NCBI GenBank assembly: GCA_965248755.1
Contig: OZ252149.1
Location: 1,088,001-1,152,000, forward strand
Reading direction: 5' to 3'
DNA length: 64,000 bases
Source: Candidatus Latescibacterota bacterium
GTDB taxonomy: Bacteria > Latescibacterota > CBDEFO01
Numbering within the stretch: the stretch's first letter is position 1; each line of letters opens with the position of its first letter. The translations under genes were made by a program, and so were the position numbers. Below are positions 47,870 through 59,307 of this stretch, piece after piece. Below the pieces are notes generated by a model that made no database searches, was not told where the DNA came from, and saw nothing but the letters and a program-made list of their open reading frames with translations.

Positions 47870-50455
47870 TCATATATTTCCGGTCCTTGTGTCCGGTTTT
47901 TGGGCATAAGGATAAATATCCACTACTATCCTCTGCGGCTCTGGTAACTTTAGCGTCTTTATCTTAAAGTTGGGTCTGGTGATGGATATAATCGCCCTTA
48001 TAGTCATCCCTTCTGTGGATATTTCAAGTGACTCTATTACGGGATCTCTAAGAATGGATATAACCGCCCTTATGACTGTCCCTTGTGCGGATATTTCAAG
48101 GGACTCTATTACGGAATTTCTAAGACCTAAAAGGAACTCTTTATCCATGATTGTGGCATTTTCTATCTTGAGGGTTACCGTTTTTTCTCCTTCTGAAAAG
48201 TTGAAGTCAGACGTCTTGTTCAGCTGGAATACAACCCTTGAGAATCTATCGTGAGCCCATGCCCTTACAGCCACTACCTGAGTTATCTCTCCCTTTTGAG
48301 CAGACAGGAGGTCTCGGTCTGCCCTTGTGATCTGTTGTCGCCCTGCAGGAGTCTTCGGAATTAACAGATCTTCGATTCTGATGACATCTGTATCCCCTGC
48401 TGGCCTTTGGGAGAGCAATTGCTCAATGTCTAAGGGAAGTCTTTCTGCATATTGCAGAGGCTCTCGGGGAACGACATCTGAGATAGGTTCAGGCGATGCA
48501 GGCTGTGCTTTGGCCACCTGAGTCTCTTGATCGGGTTTACCTCGAACAGGCACTTCTTGCTCTTGGACCTTTTCCTTCGGTAGCTCAACGTCCGACGCAA
48601 GTTCAGATACCGCTGTTGTCTCCCTTATATGTGCAGTCTGCTTCTGTGCCTCCGCAAGTTGCTCCGATTTCTCTTGAAGACTCCTTTTTCCCTCCATTGC
48701 AGCTATCTTTGTTAATGATTCCTTTTGGGGCTCTTCATCTTTTTCATCTGTGGGGGCAACTTCCAACTCCTCCTCCGGTTCGGAAGGGATTATTTGATCA
48801 TATAGAGCGTCGAACTGGAAGCTAAATATTTCCTTTCCCCGAAGCTCCGAGCGAGTAATCTGATTGATCCTGGATACCCCGAAAGAGCTGGCTATTTCGT
48901 GTATTTTGTTGCGTTGTAGAGCCCTTCCTGAAAGTGATATGCCCTCATCTGTGCTTTTCATCTGATCGAACCATATGGAATTCGTCCGGTCGGTCTCCTC
49001 CACCATCTTTTTGAGGATGCGGCTCCACCTGTTATAGTCCGAGCTTACAGTATCGATTCTACTTATCTTGGCTTCCAACTCTCCGATTCTGTTCTCTATA
49101 ATGCTGATAGTATCTGCCAGGGGAGTTGCGTCTTCTATCTGTTTGATTTGCAGTTCGACTTTACGATTGTCCAAGACGATAGCGTCGATATTTTTCTCAT
49201 ACTGGAACCCCAAATAGAGGGCTGTCCCGGCCAAAAGGGCGATCAGCGAGAGTCCGTGCCAGGCTATATGAAAAGGATTCTGACGCCTTTTACGTTCCCC
49301 CGGGAGCAGATTCGTAGGATAGAAGCGTTCGTTTTGAGGATCCAGGACCTTCCAGGCCAAAGCTATGGGTATTGCAAAGACGGAGACCAGATCTACTTGA
49401 TCGCGTTCGATCTGACTCGTGTCCAGCATATCTGGCACCAGATACTCGATACGGGATTCTGGAAACTGCCCTGAGAAGAACTCTTGGGCGTTAACGGATT
49501 TGCTTTCCCCAGCCAGAATGATCCTGTCTATGTCGGGTATGTCTGAAACGTCCTGAGCAAACAGGATTCTGCTGAATATAGTTGTCAACACCTGAGGCGA
49601 GTCGAAGCCTTCGTTTATAACCTGGGCAAAGCCGAGGTACTCGCTGCCCCGTAAGAATACAACCCTGGAAAAATCCGTCCCTATGTAGATTATGGCGGTT
49701 ACCTCGTCCTCTGGGGTTTCAGACAGCCTGACCAGGTTCATTAGGGCTACTTCATTGATGTCTATAACGCTGACTCTTACGTTCGTGTTGAAAAAGAATT
49801 TGAGCTGATCTATGCTGGACAAAAGCTCCATCGGATCTGAGTGTAGAGCTGATACTACTGTACCATCCACCTGGAAGTAACCCAGATTATCGTCGTTGAT
49901 CCCACCATCTTGGCCCTTGATGTTTTCTATTTCAGATTCGATCCACTTTTTGAGTTTTTTGCCTTTGAGTCCTTCGGTGTTCGCCAGGTCGAAGAAGTCA
50001 ACTGAAGGCTCGAGGAGATTGACTCCGAGCAAGCTTTGCCTGATCGGGAATTCACCTAGCGCAGAAAATAGGATGCTGGCATTGTTTTCCTCTTCGTCCT
50101 CTGCTTCCACGTCTTCTCCACCCCCTTCGGCTGCCAGCTCCACTTCCGGCTCAGGTTCGGTTTCCATCATAGCGTCCAGACCCAGAATATCTTCTTCCGT
50201 CTCGGGCGCTGTCTCCTCTTGCGCGACCTCTCTCTGATCGGCTTGCTCCTCGGCTATCCCCGGCAGCTCTCCTTCTAATGCCTCAATTTCACCTGTCTCT
50301 ATTCTCTCCTCCATCCTCTTCTTCAATCGTGCCCTCTTGATGGCCTTGAGAACTATGCTTCCCCCCTCCCTGGCAAGATAGGCGATCTTTACATCCAGAC
50401 CATCTACCATCACACCTATTGCGTGCTTGGATATACCGATTGAAGAAATAGCCAT
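47870..50455 (-). CDS. PilM-PilN fusion with C-terminal AMIN-like domain
   Basis: Actin-like PilM motifs (IGVMVDG, AIIYIGTDFS, IILAGE, PIALA), then TNLLP plus TM and PilN core (SIWFDQM..ISLSGRA), then an AMIN-like end (FSRVVFQL..PQRIVVDIY). Confidence 0.75.
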   Translation of the reverse strand: MAISSIGISKHAIGVMVDGLDVKIAYLAREGGSIVLKAIKRARLKKRMEERIETGEIEALEGELPGIAEEQADQREVAQEETAPETEEDILGLDAMMETEPEPEVELAAEGGGEDVEAEDEEENNASILFSALGEFPIRQSLLGVNLLEPSVDFFDLANTEGLKGKKLKKWIESEIENIKGQDGGINDDNLGYFQVDGTVVSALHSDPMELLSSIDQLKFFFNTNVRVSVIDINEVALMNLVRLSETPEDEVTAIIYIGTDFSRVVFLRGSEYLGFAQVINEGFDSPQVLTTIFSRILFAQDVSDIPDIDRIILAGESKSVNAQEFFSGQFPESRIEYLVPDMLDTSQIERDQVDLVSVFAIPIALAWKVLDPQNERFYPTNLLPGERKRRQNPFHIAWHGLSLIALLAGTALYLGFQYEKNIDAIVLDNRKVELQIKQIEDATPLADTISIIENRIGELEAKISRIDTVSSDYNRWSRILKKMVEETDRTNSIWFDQMKSTDEGISLSGRALQRNKIHEIASSFGVSRINQITRSELRGKEIFSFQFDALYDQIIPSEPEEELEVAPTDEKDEEPQKESLTKIAAMEGKRSLQEKSEQLAEAQKQTAHIRETTAVSELASDVELPKEKVQEQEVPVRGKPDQETQVAKAQPASPEPISDVVPREPLQYAERLPLDIEQLLSQRPAGDTDVIRIEDLLIPKTPAGRQQITRADRDLLSAQKGEITQVVAVRAWAHDRFSRVVFQLNKTSDFNFSEGEKTVTLKIENATIMDKEFLLGLRNSVIESLEISAQGTVIRAVISILRDPVIESLEISTEGMTIRAIISITRPNFKIKTLKLPEPQRIVVDIYPYAQKPDTRTGNI

Positions 50456-50499
50456 TTAAACCACCGAAATCCCTGGGGACGTAGACAGTGTTATGGTTA

Positions 50500-53400
50500 C
50501 TAATCGACCGTCCCCGAGATATTTACTAAATTGTTTCCGTTTAGAGAGATCACCCTTATGGTCATCACCGCGTCCTCAGCAGCTTTGGGAGGGTCTTCGC
50601 CAGGTGCTGAATCGAAGACCGTAAGGGAGAAATTTGTGATGCCAGGTCCGCTATCCCTCGAATCAGGGATAGTAATGTTTACATCGCCCGAAACGCCTCC
50701 GGCCGATGTGGTAACTGTAATAGTGCTGCCTCCCATTAGGGGATTGCCATTTATATCCTGCACGGTGTAGGAGAAGTTCTGACTTCCCCCGTCAGATATT
50801 GTAAAGGGAATAGAGCCCGCACTGGTCACCGCGATGTCATCTGTAAGGCCGGAAAAGAGCACAGTTGTGCGATCTTTTATAACCTCCCCGATCTTGTTGA
50901 CTGTTTGACCTGTCACGATTGCCTCAAAATCGGTCGTGATGTCCGGCAGAAGTTTCGCTGTAAAGAGTGTAACCGAACCTTGACCGTTCTGGTCGGTTAC
51001 GGTGGATCCCTGGATTCCTCCTGCAAGTGTCTGGAACTGTACGGACGTGCCCTGGGGGACCGGGTTGGAGAACTCGTCGAAGACAAATACCGTAATGGTG
51101 CTCTCAAGCCCGAAAACTACCAGACCCGCTAAGTTGACCGGAGTGGCTGAGAGGCTAAAGTGGGCCTGATCGGGCGGACCTCCGTGAATAGCTAAGGGAA
51201 CGGGACCCGATTCTACAGTATCTGATCCGACAATCACCCTCGCGATTACCCTGACAGTCCCTGCAACTATGCCGCTATTAAGGGTCGTGCGTGCAAGACC
51301 GCCGACAGTAGCAGTTTCGGTCGGCGTTAGGAATTCACCTCCCGGGGTTAGGACACCGTCCACAATTGCAGATGTCTTCCCCTCTATACTGAAGACGACC
51401 GTCTCTCCGTCGCCGACTCTGTTACCCTGATCGTCCTGAACCTCGAAGACGACCTCGGAGACCTCGTTGTCGCCTGATCCTCTTATGCCTATCGAAGTCG
51501 CGCTTACCGATGACAGGACTATGCTTGCCGGAAGACCCTTAATGAAGCTAACCTCCGCAGTCTGGGAGATTGTAGCTCCGAACTCTGCGTTTATGATCGC
51601 CCGCCCCACATTTGTGCTTGAAGTCAGTATGACTATTGCCTGACCGTCGCTGTTTGTGATCTCAGACGTCGAAGAGAGTGTCCCTAAGGTCGTTGAAAAG
51701 TCTATCTGTCTGTTGGCAAGCCTTGCCCCGCTCGTGGTTCCCGTCAGGATCGCAGTGACAGCTGACTGAGCGCTTTCATCCGCTATAATTGTATCTGAAT
51801 TGGTCTCTACGGTCAGTGTTACGCCCAAAAGATTTACTGGAATCGTGTTGGAAAGACCACCTGCTGCCGCCCGGATTTTAACAGTCAAAATGTCCCCAGT
51901 ACTCGCTCCGCTTGTGAAGACCACACTAGCCTGCCCGCTTGCTCCGGTCGTGCCAGTCTGCTCTATAGACCCGATATTTTCCTCTCCAGCACCCTGTACC
52001 CCATCCCCATCCTTGTCGTTGAAGCTGAAGAAGTTAACTGCCATCCCTTCTATCGGGTCCCCGTTGCTGTCTAAAACTATCGCCGTCACCTGGGTTGTGG
52101 ACACGCCGTCTGATAGCACATTGGCCTCGGAGACGGAAATGAGTATAGTATCAGGGATGGCTAACACTATGCCCACTACGCTAATAGTAGCCTTCGCCTC
52201 GATCAACTTACCTTCTTTATCTATTGTTCTTGCCGTGACGACGACCGTTCCGTCTAAGGGTAGCGGCTCCCGAGAAGTGGCAAGTTGAGCTTGGGCCAGC
52301 CCGTCTTCATCTGTCTGGGCAGACCCTGAGATTCCACCGGCGCTCGTTTCAAATGAGACCAATGTTCCCTGAGGAACTGGATTTGAAAATCTGTCGAATA
52401 CGAACGCCGTTACAGTCGCTGCTCTTGCTCTGAACGGCTCCCAGACTATCGAATCGGGCTGGACGGCCAAGCTGAAGTGACCGGAATCGGGAGATCCTCC
52501 GCTTATTGCCACGGATGCCCCTGAAGTCACGTTTGTGTCCGCCTGCGCCCGGGCTATGACATTGACGGTTGTGGCTGTGGTGTCGCTCCTTAGTATAGTT
52601 GTCGCCCGACCATCTATCGTCGCAGCCACAGCAGGAGATAGAGACCCCATACCCGACGGCACAAGCGAAAACTCTACGCCAGTTCCGTCTGCTACTCTGT
52701 TGCCCTGAGCGTCGCGCACCTCAAAGACGATTGTGGAATTCTCGTTTTGACCGGCCCCTTTTACGCTAATAGATGCGGGATTCACATCCACCATTACTAT
52801 GCCTGCAGGAGACCCTGGACCCATTACCACTCCAGTTGTCCCTTGTGTCGTAGGCCCGAAGCTCGCCGTGACAGTAGCTGTCCCTATTGTGGTTGGACTC
52901 GTCAACACAGCCACAACTCGGCCGTTCGCATCGGTTGTGGCCTGCTGTGGGGAAATGCCCCCCAGATCGCTGGAGAAATCGATTGTTCTATTCGCAAGTG
53001 GATCTCCGCTTATGCTCTCAGTCAGTACCGCGCTTACGGTAGTAGTATCCGATCCGTTTGCTATTAGAGTACTCCGAGACGCCGAAAGCGTCAATGTCAC
53101 GCCTACAATGTCGATCTCCAGAATAGCAGATATGCTCGAGCCGAACGACGCAGTAACCCTTGCTATCCCGGCGTCTGTCCCACTTCTAAGAGTCGTTATA
53201 ACTTTACCACTCCCATCCGTCAGACCTGATAGAGGCGATAAAGTGCCCGAACTGGTTGAAAAATTGATGTTTCTACCCGATATGGTCTCTCCTGTCGCAG
53301 CGTTTGAGAGGAGAGCGGTAATCGTCGTCTGAGCCGTTCCGTCCGCAATCAGACTGCTATCGGACGCAGAAAGCGCTATGATCATCCCTACAAAATCTAT

Positions 53401-56400
53401 CTCTACAGCCCCGGACACATCTATTCCGAAATTAGCTGTTATCGTAGTTGTTCCTGGCTCTGTACCGCTTGTCAGGACGACCGAAGCCTGGCCGCTTCCA
53501 TTCGTTACCGCCGATTCAGAGGACAAGGCGCCCAGATTGCTGGAAAAATTGATAGCCCTTCCAAAGATGGGTTCTCCTGTGGCGGAGTTGGTCAATAGGG
53601 CGGTGATGAGGGTTTGGTCTATGCCGTCAGCCACTAAACTGTCCTTTGATGACTCCACCTCGAGCCCTATACCCAGAAGAGTTACTTTAGTCGTAGCGCT
53701 CAAGCCCGCCACAGTGGCCCTTAAAGTCGCATCTCTCGACGTTCTACTCGCCTGGCTTGTGAAGACGGCTTTGGCCTGTCCTGAAAAATCCGTCGTATCC
53801 CTGGACGTTAGGGAGCCTATCATATCCTCGCCGGCGTTCAGCTTTCCGTCACCGTTTCTGTCGTTGAAGCTTATAAAGTTTACGACCTGTCCGACGATTG
53901 GAGCGTTCTCCTCGTCAGCATAGATTGCGATCACCTCCGCGGTCGAAGATCCATCGGCAAGGACTGTATCTGGGGCGGCGTCCAGAGAAAGTGAAACACC
54001 CTTGAACCGGACGGTCATCTCACCGATGACGGTGTCAATTGACGCTGTGACTGTGGATGTAACCGTAATTGGACTGACAGAACTTTTGAGTATGACTGAA
54101 ACCTTGCCATTTTCGTCGGTGAGGGTAATAGATGGGGACAGGAGTCCTGAACTTGCCGACAACTCAACGCGCTGATTGCGAACAGCATTCTGAAAGTTGT
54201 CCAGGACTGCGACCGTAATAGTTGTAGTGTCAGCTCCATCGGCTAAGATCTCCTCAGCGAGGCTTTCGAGGTTGATCTGCGATATCTCCGTAGGGGCTAA
54301 AGGCCCGCGTCGTATTGTGGTCTCCTCGTTCCCATTAAAAGACGTGACATCTATAGTTATCGAAGGCTCCGTCGTCTCATCGTCATCGTCTTTAAAGACG
54401 AAAGAGAAGAAGGTAGAAGAGCGACTTCTCGTATCAGGGAGAGTAATATCGACCTCTCCAGTGACTTCGCCTCCTTCAACCGAGACTTGAATAGTACTTC
54501 CGCCCACCAGTGGATTTCCGACCAAATCGCCCACAAAGTATACAAATCCTTGGATTCCGCCCTCGCCTACAGTAATGGCGGACGGCTGAGCCACAATCGG
54601 CGCGGTATCTCCGCTGAACAGGACTCCGACGCTGTCTTTTATGGCGTTTCCGTTCTTATCTAAGGTCTGGGCTACAACTATCGCCTGGAATTTGGTAGTG
54701 CTGTCAGGCAGAGGCTTAGCGGTGGTGAGTTCAACAGTGGCTGCGCCGTCCGAATTCGTGACTGCTGAGCCCTGGATTCCGCCTGCAGATGTCTGGAATT
54801 GTACTGCTGTCCCCTCCGGAACGGGGTTGGAGAACTCGTCAAAGACAAAGGCCGTTATCTGATCCTTAATTCCGGAGAACTTGAGCCCAGCTATGTTGAC
54901 GACGTTGGCGACGACCGTAAAGTGAACACCATCGGGCGGACCGCCGTGTACGGTTACAGGCACAGGGCCTGAGTTTATGATCTCTCCATCGGCGCCTGTA
55001 GTGGTCGCTATTATCTGAACCGCTCCCGCCTTCGTGCCACTCCTGAGCGTGGTTGTAACGAGACCGTTGAACGTCCGAGCCGATGTAGGAGAGAGCGATT
55101 CCCCGCCCGTTGTGGCCCCGGAGATCTTAAATGTCACCTGCGTAGTGTCAGAGGCGTTTCTGCCCAGTGAATCCACCACTCGGAAGGTTAAATCAGTAGT
55201 TTCTCTGCCACCTGATCCCCTGACGCCTATGGTCCTTGAGGTTATACTCTCAAGCTGGATGCTTGCGGGTTCGCCTCCTGTCAGGGGGAGTATCTTGACC
55301 CCGACTGTATCGCTTATACCAGCGCCGTAGATGACTATGACATTGGTGACTCCAAAGCGATTCCCGCTCTTTAGGATACTTGTGGCGACGCCAGTTTCAT
55401 CTGTCGTCGCAAATCCGGCCATCGTCCCGAGCTGCGTTCCGAACTCTATTGTAGCCCCCTGGATGGGAATTTTGGTCTTCGCCTCCTTGAGCACAGCCGT
55501 TACGGTAGCCTCCGCACCGTTTACAGATACAGATTCTGGGTTGGCCGAAGCCTCCAAAGAGATACCCCTGTATTCCACAGTTATCGGATCTGCTACCCTT
55601 TCACCTACGCGGGCGCGCACGGTATCTATAAGTCCCTCCTCTGACGTTACCGCCGGACTTTGGAGCTTAACCTTCGCGGCGCCCCATTTCAGGTTTATCG
55701 TGTCGAACTCTAAGAACTGAGCCCCTGTCTTGGCGGACGGTTCTATTGATCCGAAGTTAGCCGAAAAGTCAACTACTATGTCCCCTACGGGGTTTCCCTC
55801 AGTGTCCCTGACCAAGGCCGTAATCTCCAGGGTCTCGATCCCGTTTCCAAGGACACTGTTTATGTCTGCAGAGAGCACGACGTCTGCCACAGTGCCCGTA
55901 AAGCCAGGTATAATAAAGGGCTGATTCTTCTCGATAGATCCGGTCTGAGTCCTTATCGTTGCATCCCGTCCTGCCATCGTCCGGGGATACGTAAAAGTAG
56001 TCTGTGCCTTTCCGTTGACTGTTATAGCTGGACTCTGGATTACGCCGAGGGGCTCATCTATCCCGAAGTGCACCAGCGTCCCGTCCGCCACAGGGTTCCC
56101 GTTGATGTCCGCCACAACCGCCGACACAGGCAGGTCGAAAGTTCCATCACCGTTATTTCTGGGTGGGGGTATGAATCCGACTTCAAGCGTAAAAGGGGCG
56201 CCAGCTATCGTAAGCTTCACCACGTTCGACCTTATCTCCTCAGCGCCGGGCACCATAGCCACGATCTGAACGTCGTTTAAAGATTTGCTCGGTTTGAACC
56301 CACTGGTGAAGGTAGTCGTAGCTACTCCACTTGAGTTAGTGGCGGCGGTTCCCGGATTTATATTTTCCCCTCCGGAAGGTCCGGAAATTGTCGTGAAGCT

Positions 56401-57681
56401 TATCGTGGCATCGGGTATGGGATTGCCCGCAGAATCGGAAGCGACAGCTATCAAGGTCGATGTCCCACCGTCGACTCTGACTATAGAGGGGCTAACCGAA
56501 AGTTCTATCGAAGCGGGCAGTGCTGCCTTTATCTCCACTTCGATCGTCTTGGATATAGTGTCAGTGCCCCTTTTGGCTATGGCGGTCACCAACGCCCTAC
56601 CTGCTCCAGCGGAGGTTAAAATAGACTCTGCTCTACCGTCAGAATCCGTAAAAGCCACAAAAGGCTCTATCTTCCCTAACGTAGTTGAAAAATCTATCTC
56701 CGCGCCCTCTACAGGCTGATTCTCATCCAAAAGACTCGCTGAGATTAGGGAAGAACCTACATTAGCGATGAACGTATCCGGATCGGCTTCGATTTCAAAC
56801 GTTAAAGCCGTAAAGGTGATCGAGACTTCCCCAGAGACTCCCGCGGCTTTGGCTGTAACTATTGCTTTACCTGCTGCGGAACTCGAAAGCGTGGCTTTTA
56901 CTCTCCCTCTGACATCAGTGGTATCCACCTCTATAAAGAGATTCCCCAATGTGGTCGTTAGCTCCACCGGCTCTCCCACAATAGGAGTTTCCGCAGCGTC
57001 CGTTAAGGTCACACTTATAAGGGACCCTTCTGGGTCATCCACAATCAGATTTACGGGGGTCGCTGAAATTGCCAGATCGATCCCTGTAAAGATCACCTGT
57101 GTGTTCCTTTCTATGTTGCTGTGTCGGGCTGTGATTATGGCTATCCCCTCCGTCCTCTGGCTGATCAGCTTGACGGTGGCTCTTCCATTGGCATCCGTGA
57201 TCGCAGAACGCGGTATCACTCCGAGCGTGGAAGAGAACTGTATTTCCGAAGAGACGACGGGGTTGCTATCTGCGTCCTTCAAAAGAGCCGTGATCGTTGA
57301 CGTGCTCGCTCCGTTGGATAAAATATCGGTTGGGTTTGCCGTCAAGATGAGAAATATCTTCTTAAAGACTACAGCTATAGTGTCCCTTGAATTGACCACC
57401 TGGGCCTCGACCCTAACCATGTCGGGAGTTGTGCTGCTTGTAAGCTTGGTCATAGCTGTTCCACCGACTGTAAAGCTAGGACTCAAAACCGAGCCGCTCC
57501 CTCCAGGGAGGATGTTGAAGATCACTTCTGTCCCGTCTGAGAGCGATGTGCCATTATCATCTGCCACGCTTGCCACTATAGTGGTCGAAGAAAGGCCGTT
57601 TGCCACTATAGCTGTCGTATCAGCCGATAGGGTCACCTTAATACCCTTGTAGGCCACCTCTGTTGTGTCGAGGGAGTTTAT
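50500..57681 (-). pseudogene. 3' part of a giant Big_1 (invasin/intimin Ig-like) repeat lipoprotein, cut off by IS1380
   Basis: More than 20 repeats of the type A[DN]GxxxxxITAxLxDxxGNP..TDxxGxAxxxLxS. In frame with 59308-60584 once the IS is removed. Confidence 0.9.
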
Positions 57682-59307
57682 CCCCCATTCGCCATATTAG
57701 ACCCGAAAAATGGTTGTCAAAGTCGCCAGAACATGTTATATTACAATAAATAAGACTCATAAATGGCGGATAAATATTGATCATCCAGAGGGTGAAAGAA
57801 TCAAAGTAGGTTTTGATGGAGGAATAAAGCTTGAATTTCATGGTGCAAAGGTGACATCAAACGGTGGACTTCTTGCGTATCGTGACCTTGATTACGCACT
57901 GGGATTATTTGATTCGGTATCAGCGGTTTTTACCGATAAACGCACAGGCCGTAATATCCAACATGATATATCTACTCTCCTGCGTCAATCGATATACAGC
58001 CGTCTTGCAGGATATGAAGATGTAAATGACGCCGAGCGATTATCCGTTGATCCCGTCATGCGAGCGATTACCGGAAAGAAGGACAAAGGCAGGCAAGCTG
58101 CCAGCTCCAACACGATAGGACGTTTTGAAACTGATATACTGACTCAGCATGACAATCTCAGAAACTTGTCAGATATCAATGGCAAGTGGGTTCAAAAAGC
58201 GATGAGTAAAACACAGCATCAACGAATCATTCTGGACATGGACAGTTCGGAGAGTCCGGTACATGGCCAGCAGGAAGGATCAGCTTACAACGGTCATTTC
58301 GGATGTACCTGTTTTCATCCAGTGTTCTGCTTCAATCAGTTCGGGGATTGTGAAGGAGTCCTACTTCGCTCTGGTAATGTTCACAGTGCTGATCGTTGGA
58401 AGGAAGTTCTGGAACCGATCGTCAAGAGATACGAGAGCAAGAAGAATAGGAAATACTTTCGAGGCGATGCTGCATTCGCAAAGCCTGAGATTTATGATTA
58501 TCTGGAGGGAAACGGCTATTTGTATGCCATTCGGCTTCCCGCAAATGAGATACTCTATGAAAAGATACGATACCTGCTGACTCGGCCAGTTGGACGACCG
58601 CCGAGGAAACCGATTGTATCGTTATATGAATTTCAATATAAAGCGGCCAGTTGGGATCAATCGAGGCGAGTGGTCGCCAAGGTTGAATGGCACCAAGGGG
58701 AGTTATTCCCAAGAGTGGGATTTATCGTGACCAACATGAGCGCCAAGCCAGAAGGCGTGGTACACTTCTACAATGGCCGTGGCAGAGCTGAGCAGTGGAT
58801 TAAGGAGGGCAAGTATGCTCTGAACTGGACCCGACTCTCATGCAAGCGTTTCGTCTCCAATCAGGTGAGGCTCTGGCTGTTTGTTCTGGCTTACAACTTG
58901 GGCAACTTCCTGCGACGTTTTGTTCTTCCGAAGAAAATCAAACACTGGTCACTACGCAGCCTCCTCGTGAAATTTATCAAAATCGGAGCGAAGATTGTCA
59001 GACACAGCGGATATATTACGTTTCAAATGGCTGAGGTTGGGATAGACAAGAGGTTATTTGCCGAAATATTATCCCGGATTGAACGATTGCGATGTTATTC
59101 TGTTTAAACTGCCACATTTTTTTGTGAGTCGATGGAGAGGTGTCTCTAATTGGAGGATTTAAACACAAAGAAAGTGATAATTCAGAGGAAAATACTATTT
59201 TAATTGAAAAAAGTACTTGTTGAAAAATGTAAAAGTGGTAATATTAATTCAGAAACAAGAATGTATCGAAATATAATCCCTCATGAATGTGATATGGGGA
59301 ATGTCGG
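57682..59307 (+). mobile_element. IS1380-family insertion sequence, 1626 bp, 5-bp TSD TTTAT
   Basis: IRL CCCCCATTCGCCATAT and IRR (reverse complement) CCGACATTCCCCATAT, 13/16 identical. TTTAT at 57677-57681 and 59308-59312. Confidence 0.93.
57710..59107 (+). CDS. IS1380-family DDE transposase (true start probably further downstream)
   Basis: TSNGGLL, GYEDVNDAERL, LDMDSS, YNGHF, RGDAAF and FYNGRGRAEQWIKEGK. Confidence 0.95.
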   Translation: MVVKVARTCYITINKTHKWRINIDHPEGERIKVGFDGGIKLEFHGAKVTSNGGLLAYRDLDYALGLFDSVSAVFTDKRTGRNIQHDISTLLRQSIYSRLAGYEDVNDAERLSVDPVMRAITGKKDKGRQAASSNTIGRFETDILTQHDNLRNLSDINGKWVQKAMSKTQHQRIILDMDSSESPVHGQQEGSAYNGHFGCTCFHPVFCFNQFGDCEGVLLRSGNVHSADRWKEVLEPIVKRYESKKNRKYFRGDAAFAKPEIYDYLEGNGYLYAIRLPANEILYEKIRYLLTRPVGRPPRKPIVSLYEFQYKAASWDQSRRVVAKVEWHQGELFPRVGFIVTNMSAKPEGVVHFYNGRGRAEQWIKEGKYALNWTRLSCKRFVSNQVRLWLFVLAYNLGNFLRRFVLPKKIKHWSLRSLLVKFIKIGAKIVRHSGYITFQMAEVGIDKRLFAEILSRIERLRCYSV

